In this document: one piece after another, positions 14,201-26,400 of the stretch
Numbering within the stretch: position 1 is the stretch's first letter
Layout of the letters: every line of letters begins with the position of its first letter
Assembly (NCBI GenBank): GCA_030141605.1
Contig: JAQGDQ010000001.1
Location: forward strand, 2,046,001 to 2,110,000
DNA length: 64,000 bases
Source: Tubiluchus corallicola
Lineage: Eukaryota; Animalia; Priapulida
Direction of reading: 5' to 3'
Notes under the pieces: model-generated
The model's input: only the letters and a program-made list of their open reading frames with translations
Told to the model about the DNA's origin: nothing
The model's database searches: none
Translations under genes and position numbers: made by a program

Positions 14201-17200
14201 GGAAGTCTGATTGATAAATTCATGACTTTCCATATAAAAACAAAGATTCTCGGTTACAGAGTATACGGATCCTTTCTCTGTAGAAGTTACTAGTTTGAGT
14301 AGTTTCTCTGGCGCTTGCACAAAGTGATCTACAACAGCAATGACGTAATCAGAGGAGTAAAATGGTATCGAACACCAGCCTTATATTCACGTGTTTTAAC
14401 CAGTAAAATAAATTGCTCGGTCAGCGTCAGTTATTCCAGTTTGCCTCTAATGGTGTTGACATTATTGAGGTTGTTTATCAGATCGTGAAAGCCCAAGATG
14501 CCGACTTCTACAAAGAAAAGATCTGTGTCAGTGTGTCCACGGCTGCTGAACTAAATGTATATAACTATATGTGCATTACAAACCACTGAAACAGACTACT
14601 TTTACATTGAGTAAACCCATCAACTACTTCTCATAGGCACTGCTTTTCTTTTACAATAAATCATGATAACCATAATTATTATTTTATAGAATTGCATAGA
14701 GAAGTGCAAACCGTCAGAGCTTCTGAATGTCGATTTATATACTTCTTTCAACCAACGTGATATATATAACAAAAATTTGACAGTATGGTTCTATGCTTTT
14801 GGTATTCGACATAATTTGAGAAGGAGTTTTTGCCAGCTATTACTATTGAAATTTTGAATAATTAAGAATGAAAAATTATTGTAGAATGAACAATTGAACA
14901 GGAACACTGGCCTAACAAATTTATTGAAGCCAAGTACACAAATCACAATAGCTACTGCAAGTGTGGGAGAAATGCAAACTGCCAGATCTTCTGAATGTCG
15001 ATTTATATATGATTGTTTCAACCAATGAGATATACGCGTGTATAACAAAAATTTAACAGCATGGTGCTGTACTTTTGGTGTTCGACATAATTTCGGAAGG
15101 GGTTTTTTCCAGCTATTACTAATGAAACATTGAATAATTAGGAATGAAAAATTATCGTAATGTGATAATGTCCCACAGGTGGCTAATTAATTTGCTGGGG
15201 AATTAGATTTTCTGATAATTTTCATCACTCAAAATTTCTTTTGATCCTAATTCCAACTTCCTCCAACTTGCCAATGTATTGCTATGACGTGCTTTGTGGA
15301 CATTAATGTGAGACTGTTTTGTGATATTATTTGCTTGCATGAGAGAATTTTTGCCTTGCTGAGGCAAACCCATGCTGGGAAATTTCATTTTATTAAAATT
15401 ATTAAACAAAAATGAATGTATTGAGTATCATATAGTAATATTATTAAAATAATGAGCAGAGATATCCTGAAATATTTTCTTTATAGGAAAGAACATTGCC
15501 TTTCAGAACGTATACATGTAGTAGTGAATGTACTAAGCTGAGAGGCGAAAATTCTACAGATGAAGTAAATAGGAATGATTACCAGGTGAGTCATGAGGTT
15601 TTTATTGAATAATAAATGGTATCTATGTTCCGTGTGCGTCTACTTGCCTACCTGAGTGCTGTTTTAGGGATTATGAATTGAAGCAGCACATTATGAACAT
15701 GTCTAATATCATCTATGTATAATAAATGACATAGTTACTGTAAAGTATCCAACTGGAACCTTGCTGCTGAAGTTGATATCTGTTTTTAGGTAATTTTAAA
15801 CAGGTTAAAATTATCAACCAAACTTTGATTATTGCCTTGTCCATTTTTAAGTTTAAGTTTTATTGTGTATTGGCAATTTGACTGGAGATTTGAGAAAGAC
15901 GGTTAAAGCACGTTGAATGATAGAAGCTCTTCTAAACGTAATATTTACCTATAGGGACCAGGACTGTTAATTTTGCACTCTTCCTAGCTGCTCTGGAGTT
16001 AAGGACATGACAATCTTGTACAATGCTTGGGAATTTACCTTGTCCTAGTAACTGTCTTGAGTGCTTTTTCGTTTCAAATGAATATAAAAGATGCAGTATA
16101 ATTACTATACAGATCACTTTTCAGAGACGTCCCCTTCTTTAAGCTCTGTACTGCTATAGAAACTGGTTTGTCACCATTAAACAAAATGTCTTTTCATTAC
16201 TTCAAGATATGTTTCTGAGTTAATGTGTTTTGTATTTTTTTAAATGTTTTTTTTCAGATAACCAGTCTCGAGCATTTGGTGGACTGGAGTCAACCAATGT
16301 TCTGGCAAGTGGGCAAGTTAGGCCATCAGTACATCACATGGGTGCATTTGCCTGTTGATAGAGAATTGAGGTTATTTCATTCTAATCTGGCTGAATTTCT
16401 TTCCAAATCGCCTTGGTACGCAGTGCCAATATTTTGGATTCCTCTGTTTGTATTTCTTTTACGGAGAGGCGTGTTTCAAGTCAACTTAAGTTATGGTGGA
16501 TTTGCATCCATTTTTCTAGAACACTACATCGGTAATTTCTGCATATTACACTTAATATATTCTTGTAGCTTGTGTGATTTTATTGCATATCACTTCGCTG
16601 CAAAATTTGGGAAAGTCTCTACTTACTTGGTACTGTATATTATAATTGTAGTTGGAAGGATAGAACCAAAACCTGTTATTCATCAGGAATAATGTACATT
16701 GCCCATACAATTTTATTTAGTTTATTTTTGTGTTAAGCATATTTTAGTATGGTAAGTAAGTAGTAATTTCAGCAAAACATCTATAAAGGTGATAATTTAT
16801 AGTATCAACCACAGTAGATCTAGAGCCTTATCCTGTATCCTAGATACATTTAAGATGTTGCTTTAAATTTTAAGGCAAATTTTTATTTTGTTTCTTAGCA
16901 TGACTATTTAAATTCTCCCTTTGTTTTTATTTTATATTACAGATATGATGGGTTTGGTTTTATTTTTCTTTGTTGGACTACTGAGCTGGACTTTATTAGA
17001 ATATTGTTTGCACCGATGTTTGTTCCATGCCACCCCTCCAGCTAATTTGCCATTATTGATTTCATTGCATTTTTTGCTACATGGTCAGCATCATAAAGTA
17101 AGTAGACAGTGTTGTTTACCTATATTGCCTCATTAAAATTTCCTTTTATAAAGCACTATTGTCGTATTTTATTCTCACTCTCTATACTCTTTGTCCAAGA

Positions 17201-19851
17201 CTTTTACATTTCGTAGTTTCTAATATGACAATTTTTTCATTTTTCGTTCTTTTAGGCTTCCAGTTTTCCACTTTTAGTTCATATTAGCTCATGAAACTTA
17301 GAGATTTGGTAACTGGGAAAGGGACCTTGAAAGTGATGTGGTGAACGTTGAACTCGGTTAAAGGATCAAGAACATTGATCAGTTTTTCGATTCCTTCTAG
17401 GGCTTTCAGTCAAATTCAAAATTTTTCCATAAGTATTCACGTATTGCCAGGTAGATGTGTAACTGGGATTTTAAAAAGCTGGGAATCTTTGTTGGCCTGA
17501 GATAGGAGCCAAAATGTCAAAATTAAGGAATCCAGTTTTAAATCATGTTAACTCACAAACACAAGGGGCTAGTGCCATAAAATTTGCAGGATAGATACCT
17601 GGAGTAGGGGCCTTCAAACTAGTATGGTGAATGTTGACCTTCATTAAAACATCAAGGACACTGAACTGCGTAAAGGCCTTGTCTCATGCAATAATCAGGT
17701 AAGTTTTAATGTAAAATAGCTGCATTCACTTGTTATTAAGTTTCTATATAAATATAATAGTTAATAATATTAGTAAACTGATTTCTTAATTTTCATTTCT
17801 AGGTACCATTTGACCCAGGTCGTCTAGTTTTTCCACCAACAGGTTCATCTATATTGATTTTATTATTGTACATGATTATTACCAATTCATTACCGGGCTC
17901 AGTGTCTTACATTTTTTCTGGAGGGATGTTATTAGGGTATGAAGGATTCTCATTCTTTGACCTTCACAGTATGAATTTTAATTGCGCCAGAATATTAAAA
18001 AGCAAAAAACTTATTACATGTCACATAAATATTTTGCATCATGTGCTCAGAAATGTCACTGCTTTATATGCCTCACAATTGGTATAACTTTTTAAACAGA
18101 TTCCTCGCAAAGGGAAAATGACTTTGCTTTCCTGTATTTGAGCCTACTTGCTTCCAAAGTGTATGCTGTAGAAAATATGACAGTGTAACACTTCTTGCTT
18201 ATATGGCATGGAATAGGCCTACTCAGTGCAGTTATGCCCACCCAACTGTTCTGTAATTCTTGCTACATCTGTTGAAGCTGAAAGCTTCACAACAAAACGG
18301 TTTCTATATAACCACAAATACCTAGTATTTTCTAGTTTGTTTGAAATATTTATTGTGATACATAATTTCTGAAGTAAAATATTGTAGTTATAAGCTTTCA
18401 CGTCTAGCATTTATTATCGGAAAAATGCAAAAATAAGCTTTATTTGCATCATGAGCATTAGCTGTTGGCATTTATACGTGTCTTCTTTACTTTTGTTATC
18501 TTTACTTTTGTACGTTACTAAAATATATACACTGCTAAATAATGTTGATTAACATTATTTCTATTTTTAGGTACATTTGCTATGATTTAATACACTACTT
18601 CTTACATCATGGTGTTCCTTACCCTGGTGGTTACTTTGATCAACTACGAAAATATCATATCCAACATCATTTTGCTCAGCCATCCAAAGGTATATGGTAT
18701 TTTGTACTTGACAAATAATAGTGCCCTTTATGTGCCTCCTACAGACAACAAAAATGGCACTTCCATAAAGTAAAAGAAATTACTGTTAATCACCTTACAG
18801 CCAATTCCATGTTACCAAGAATTACTAGAATTGAAAAGTATAACAAGGCAAGGAACTATAAAAAAGTCAGTTTAAGTTTTGCTTTTCATAATTTTTGCTT
18901 TTCATAGTTTTGCTTTTTTATGATGCATTCTTTGGAGCTGCCATTTTAATGGTTGTGTAATTAGTGTAAATAGTAAGCACAAGGATTTTATACTGTAAGA
19001 AAACTTGTTTTGATAAAACCAAAAATAAATTGCATAGGAAGCAGTCTTCTGCATATCAATATCTTTGTGTTCTTAACTGTATTTGACAATAGTTTCAGAA
19101 GAGTACTGTATGAACTGTAAAATCAGAAAATCAATATCGTGTTGAGCTGCATTTTGTTGTATTCCAAAGTCCAAGATCAATAAAAAAAATTTTGTCCACA
19201 GCAACCCAGCCTTCTAATTTTTTTCCTAGTCTTTAGTGTCTTTCTTCATTGTTGAACATATTAACAATTGCTGATGTGCATATAATTTATGTTTTTATTA
19301 ATTTACTATATCCTTTTATTATATCTAATCAATTTATCATTTATAATATCTTTATGTAGATATAAGCAAGCGTCTTTGCATACTGACATCAGAAAGCCTA
19401 AAATCTCTGTATATTGTTATTTGCAAGGCTGATTTCTCAAAGGCTTCTGATTTTACACAACATTTACAGTATGATTTTGCATTATTAGACACAAGACGTT
19501 AGCAATACAGTAGTGTGCTGAAATAACAAAGTAAATAAGTAATCAATTTTATCTTGTTAGAAATCATAATGAAATTGTATAATTTTGTGTACAATAAATT
19601 GGATAAGAAAGAATTAAACTAGTATCGTAAAAGAATGTTGTAAAACTAAACCTGCAAATAAAACTTATGAAATAGTGTTGTATCTCATTTTACTTACTAC
19701 TTGTTAAACAGTTGTGATGTTTTACATTATTTAACTGAAAGTTTGTGTTTAAATTTTTGTAGGTTATGGAATTTCTAGCAAACTCTGGGATCTGCCATTT
19801 GGGACATGTGTTATTGACAACTATTCAGATGACAAATCAGATGATGATTGA
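2982..19851 (+). CDS. FA2H: Fatty acid 2-hydroxylase, isoform/cassette A (cytochrome b5 + sterol desaturase-family hydroxylase domain), 7 exons, 365 aa
   Basis: Exons 2982-3209, 15487-15585, 16258-16531, 16943-17097, 17803-17936, 18571-18689, 19763-19851. All introns are GT-AG and phases are compatible (0,0,1,0,2,1), total 1098 nt. Motifs: b5 HPGG and PHRHS; LVDW..P; His boxes HRCLFH, HGQHH, HYFLHH, HIQHH; [12 protein letters not shown]; [10 protein letters not shown]. Confidence 0.92.
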
Positions 19852-20448
19852 AAAACAATTCATCATCTTTACTCTGTCATTTATCTTTCACCAAACGAAG
19901 ATTAAGTGAACTGAGAAAATTGTGTTTTATTATAAGTGTGCTAAGACTAACGTCCAACAAATTGACGTGTGATTTCCTATATGTATTTATATTGTTTTTA
20001 ACATCAAAATTATTTTCTGTTTTGCAGCTCTATGAAACAACTTGTCAGTAATTGTTTATATAATTATACACATATAAAAATGATATGTATACAATTTACA
20101 TACATCCATATATTTATTTAGTGTGTTGTTGCTGTTGCTGTTACGAAGTTTTATCTCTGGGTGATCTATTTTTTATTTATATGATCTTACATTTTTTGAA
20201 CTTATGAAAACTGTCTTGCTGTTTTGTGATGAGAATATTAGCAAACTGGGAAAACAAAGCAAAAAACAGAAGTATTCTCAATACAAAACTGTAAATTTGA
20301 TCTTTGCCTTTTTGGGAGCTTGATCAAACAATAAAGAAAGTGATAATAGAAAAGCATTTTATTTTATTAATTTCACTAGACATGATGTTGAAATGACTTG
20401 GAACACATGCAAAGAGCTGTAAGCTATATGCATTTATTAAAAATCTTG

Positions 20449-20486
<38 letters not shown>

Positions 20487-23400
20487 CAGAATACAGAACA
20501 TGAATTAAGTAGGAATAATTTATTATTTTTTGTGAATTTAAATACCATACAAAGTATTCTATATTTCCACTAAGCTTCCTTGTAATAAAGTGTAATAAAG
20601 GGTAATAATGTTGCATATTTATTATGTTGCAAATCATCTTCACTCATGTGAAAATTGCATAAACTTTTCGTGAATAGTGGTAAGATAAGGACTACCTGGC
20701 AAGCCTTCTACTTTTACCATTGTCATTTAATTACCAATACCTCTTAGTCAGCAACTGTGTCGTGGCCTTTAACTTTTGTGCTTTAGTTTTATGTAACCAA
20801 TAGAAACTTCTTTTAGTATTTTATATGTTTTTATAGTACCTAAATCAAAGGCCATAAATTATAATGATTAGTAATATGTAAGCTTCGCTAAGAATGACAA
20901 ATAAAAATTTAAAGATTTGCATTTGCCATTTCGTCATAAATCACCATTTTTTCTGCTTGGTTTTTCTACACTCCGACTTGGGTTGGGTTTAATGAGTTTT
21001 TACATGAAATTTACAGCTTTCTGTGACTTCAATATTGATTCATTTTATTGACAATGTTCTTTTCTGCCTATGATTATCTTATTGACATTCCTTATTGTTG
21101 CTGCTTTACCTTGTTTAAAAATTCAGGTGAGAATGTGGCAACGCAGATATTGATTTGGTAAAGAGTCTTGTAGCTGTGTTTTCATCCAATAAGCTATGCA
21201 ATTTGTAATGTGTCTGTGACGGCACACACATTCTATATTTACTTTTGCCTTTGTATTTTCATTGATTGGGCATTTTGCTAAGCGACCATTACAATAGTCG
21301 ACAGTTTTAGCAGATCTATAGTCTGTCTCTTTAGAGCAGCAAAGGTTTGCAGACATTCATTACTTTTTGCCACAGAAAATTTCATATCTTGGTTTAAACA
21401 AAAAGAAATGTAACTAGGAACAAGCACATCCTACTATATGAGCAACTGGGAATCAAATTGAATATTTTAGAATATCAATAATTTCCATTGTTTTACTAAT
21501 GTCTTATAGGAACTGTCAGAAACATGGAAAAATTTCTAGGAACCCTTTATGAGTGTTTATGTAAATTATTAAAAACAAATTCTTAGTATCTGCTTAGTTA
21601 TCTAGCTATGTTATCTTTGTCTAGTTATTGCAAAATTGACTGTTGAATCGTTATAAAAGGAAAGATTGCATAAAAAAATCATACTGTTGTGTATTATAAC
21701 TGTGTATTATAAGAGACTGATGCACAACCTGTAATTTATTTGTTTTTTGATTTTGCGACAGAGTGAACTAAATTTATTCCAACAGGTCTACACCTTTTAT
21801 TAATGGTTTTCATTGGTGCTATTTTTGTTTGCAGAAAAGAAGTTTGGTTCCTGCAGTTGAACACAGCGAAGTAAATAAGAGGAGACACGATACTGTCGAT
21901 GATGACAGTGCACAAACCCAGCAGGTATGCTGTTGTTGAGCATCTTCCTATATTTAACAAAAATTGCCTAATTAAATATGTTAATGATACAATGTTTGAA
22001 TGCAACTTTTTTTTAAATGTGCCATGTCGCTTATGGCTTCAATAAAGTAGCCAATATAGTTCATAACAGCAGACTGCTAAAAAGACACAAATATAAATGT
22101 TCACACTGCATTATCATTCGAAGCCTTCGGATATTTTTAACATCTATGCGCATATGTGTGTGTCATCTCTGATAAGCTGAATTTTATTCCTATGTTTGAG
22201 GAATTGTGGCTGTCTTGCACCATATTTCAGTAATGTCATGCCTACATTTAATGACACTACTGAATTCCAGCAAAGCAAAATTTAAGTGGAATATCATTGA
22301 ACAAACCTTCAATAGGAAGTAACGTAAAAGTATCCATATATGTTCTAGGGGCAAAAAAATTACAGCAAAAATCAATAAAATAAAAAATTGCATCATTTGA
22401 AGGGTTGGTCATCCTTGACATGTACCAAAAATTCCTTTCTGAAAGCTTTTTCTTCTTTGTGGTTCACAATTGTTATTCAGGTTGAATAAGTTTGAATAAC
22501 TTATTATTTAGCTATTCAAACATTATTTAGTTTGAATAACACTCAAACTTTGTGCACACACTAAGATGGTCGCCCTTGCATAGCTGTACAGTTAACAGTT
22601 GCCTTATCTTTTCTATTGTCTTTTTTTCTTATTTTAGATGTGCACTTTTTGTGCTTGCTTTAATTTTCTGCATTTTTGTGAATTGCAACTATTGCGGCTG
22701 TATGCTGCTTTTTATCCAACATCCAAACGATCTTGAAATATCCATTTTTAGTTCTGATAGTCTGAATTTATTCTTCCATCTTACATTAATCATGTAATGT
22801 AAATTCAGTGACTTATCAAGTGTGGATCTTTTGACAGTGTAAATGCAAATAATATGCCAAATAACACAGCTGCTTTATGTATACCTTATTAACACAATTA
22901 GATTTTATCATGACTGTGATTGCCAGAGTATTTATAAACCACTGTGGTTTATTTTTAACAATTATTATGCATTGTTGGTAATGAGTTAGAGAAAGAAAGT
23001 AGATGCTGGAAAAATTTTCAAAATTAAAAAGCTTTCATCACAGACTCCATGGTAGGTTCCTAGTGATAGCAATAAGCCATCTATGCATATATAAATCACT
23101 TGCATTATATCCTTCTGAGATGTAAGAAATTGATTATTTTTGAAATTATTCAGGTAAGGAATTTAGGAATTCAAAAGCTGTTATTTTGGTCCTGTTCTAT
23201 GAAATCTTAACAAGTACTACTGTTGATAATGGTAGTTTAATAATTTTTAGGCTTAATAGCTAAAGAAAATGGCATGAGCGCTTCAGCTCTTAATTTGTTT
23301 CAGATAGCTGATCTAGAGCATTTGGTGGATTGGAGTCAACCCATGTTCTGGCAAGTGGGCAGACTGGGTGCACAGTATAAAACATGGGTGCATTTACCTG

Positions 23401-26400
23401 TTGACAGAGAACTAATACTGTTTCAGTCAAGCATTGCCGAGTTTCTTTCTAAAACACCTTGGTATGTGGTACCTGCCGTGTGGTTACCTGTGTTAACATG
23501 CATGATTTGGAGAGGTGTATCACAGACCAATTCAGCCTACAGTTATTCACATGATGTTAGATCCTCTACCACACTTCTGGGGAGCTATATTGGTAACTCT
23601 GTTTAACTTATTTCATTCACTTAAGTATTAGAGTATTCGTGTAAACCGGACTGAGAGCTAGAATTATGGGGTGGTTTAACTGCCTATAAATCTGCCATTT
23701 CTTTAAGTTTTCTAATTTCAGAACTGACTTACTTTAGAGCAAATTTTATCGCAACCAATAAATAGCTTGTAAACATTGCAATTTTTTGTTGATAAAATGG
23801 AAGGGCAAAAGTTAATGAATGGTGATTAATTAGACGTGAATTCACTGAGTTTTTGGACTAAATCTGCAGGTAAATGGATTAGATACTAAATTTCTAAATT
23901 GAAAGTACTTCTCAAATTTCAAAATATGCAAACACGGTGTTTAACCATAGAATTGAAATTTTTGGCTTTTATTGCCCTAATTAAGCTATAAAAGAATGAT
24001 TTAAATCCGTACAGTGAAAGTACTTTCTTGAAATTTAATGAACTCAAATTAAAACATGTTTTTTTAGCGAATGTAATTCTGAAAAAGTGGTGAACTTGAA
24101 CCTTGACACAAAAACGTTGCCATACCTTTAGAGTTTAGAGTAGTATCCCATGTTGTTATGATCACTAATAGAAGAATAAAATAATTTTTACAAACTTAAA
24201 ACAACTAACTCCTTGTACTTCTGACAGCAGAAACTGTTTTTTATGGCAGCAGGCAGGCACTTATATCGAAGCAAAAAGTTTGTTAAAAGAAAAGAAATAG
24301 TTGATGTTGATAGATAGGCATGACTTCCCAACCTTGGGGTCTGAACCCCAATTGGGGTCGCGAAGCACTTTTCATGGGGTCACGGGCTAGTCCAAAAACT
24401 GTTTTTAAAAAAATGCTGTTTTCATGAAAAATATGTAAATAGGTCTTGTTTCCTCAGTCTCTTATTGCATCTGGAAGGTGGATTTTCCCGCTCTAAATGC
24501 GGTATACCAGTGCTTGATTTTCTGTGAAAATGGAAATGCACATTGTTCTGTACAGTGTACACCACCCAAAAGCATGTCATTATTCATTTTACGTCAGATC
24601 TCCTTAGATACCTATTGCTGAGAAACAGGTGCAACCATCACATGAATGAATTAATGAAACAATCACTCATGTTCAATAATTTGATGAATAGTAAGGTAAA
24701 ATGAATAAATGCGAATGAGAATAATGTGTAATAGTATAAAATGCGATTATGTTCTTCGTGGGATCGAGATATGATGCTGGGTTCAGAAAAAATGTTGCCA
24801 TCAATAAAAGGTTGGGAACCACTGGATTAAGAACTGTGACTTTCTATCTGATTTTCTAGTTAAGTGATTAGAGTCAGTTTAACTCATTTGTTAACACCAC
24901 TGGAACATTGCTTCTATGTCTGTGGTTCCAATTCTTGTTTCACTTACAATTTTTCAACTTATAACTGCAGTGTATAATGTCAGTTTTATCTAATTTGATC
25001 TGAAGACATCATACTTTTATTTTCCTGCTTGGACAACTGATAAATGTATCAGTTTTATTTATTACACTGTTAGCTACATGTTATTTCCATTTACATTTGA
25101 TTCTGTTTACCAACAGAAGCTTGTTTACATATGCCTCAACTATATTTGTTGTCTGCATTTGACCAATGTTGTTTCTGTCTTCAGGTATATTGGCTCTGCT
25201 TCTAGTATTTATTGTTGGAGTACTGAGTTGGACCTTAGTGGAGTATTGTCTACATAGGTTTTTGTTTCATGCTGTGCCTCCATCTAAGTCACCATTTTTG
25301 ATTTCCTTGCATTTTCTGCTACATGGTCAACACCATAAAGTAAGTGTAAAGTTTGCTATTGTGTCTAAAATCTCTTGTTATACTGTTATTGTTGTGCATC
25401 CAGTTATAGCAGGTTTATATGTTTTACACTTGTGGTTTACCAGTTATTTATTTCAGTATTTTGGACATGTCAGGTATATCAGATAAGACTGATGTATTTC
25501 TGATTAATGTTCACTTAATTCTTGGTTTTCATAGATTCAGTACAATGGCACACACAGTATTCTTTATATAGAATGCATTTGCTACAGCAGCTCATAAAAC
25601 ATGCATATCTGCCACACAGTTAAATAATTTAGCCCATGTGCATTTCGTACTACTGATTTTTGTTATCTTAGTATCCCTGCTCTCTGCAGATGCGTCAATA
25701 CTGTAAATATATTATTAATTCAAATGCTGCCATTCAAGCAACTGCTTAAACAAACAGCCATTTTAGCTGATATAAAAGAGTACATTAGCAAATGCAGACT
25801 AAGCAACATGATTGTATTTTAAGCAAACTTATTTTACATTTGTAAAAGCTCTTACTTATACATAGTAAACATTAGCATATTAGCTATTTGACTTCATTCC
25901 TTATTGTTGTTACTGTTACAAAATGTAATATGATTTTGATTTAATATAGTTGTAATTTTTAATGTTAAAGAGTAAACTTGTTCGTTTTTGCTCTTTAAAG
26001 TTGTACTGAAGCAAATTTTCAGTATAAATGTGTTGTATGATACATTAAATTCATGCAGTGGTCTTTCTTAGGCTTTTGTTACTCTTTGATGTGAATAAGA
26101 TTAATGTAACTAGTTCCACTTGATAGCTTTTTCAATCACAATGTAATGCTGTTTCCTGGGTACTTCCGGTATTTCTCCTAGGCCCTTATTTCCTGGACAA
26201 AAGGATGCATGTCCCTTACCTTTTAAGAAACTTCCTGTGCTGCTTTGTAAGGATTGGTTGAGGATATTTTTATTTGAGGACGTGATACTAATTGGAGAGC
26301 AAGTTGTCTTTTTAAAGTTAAATTTTTAGACATGTTTTTGCCCTTTGGTAAAGGCTTTTCACAATACACATTGCAGATTTATGCTATGATGGCTAAATAA

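Noticed and set aside
19852-21834. Searched for a dedicated cytochrome b5 first exon for cassette B
   Set aside because: No HPGG-encoding sequence or suitable + strand ORF; the region looks like an AT-rich 3' UTR/intron with several AATAAA.
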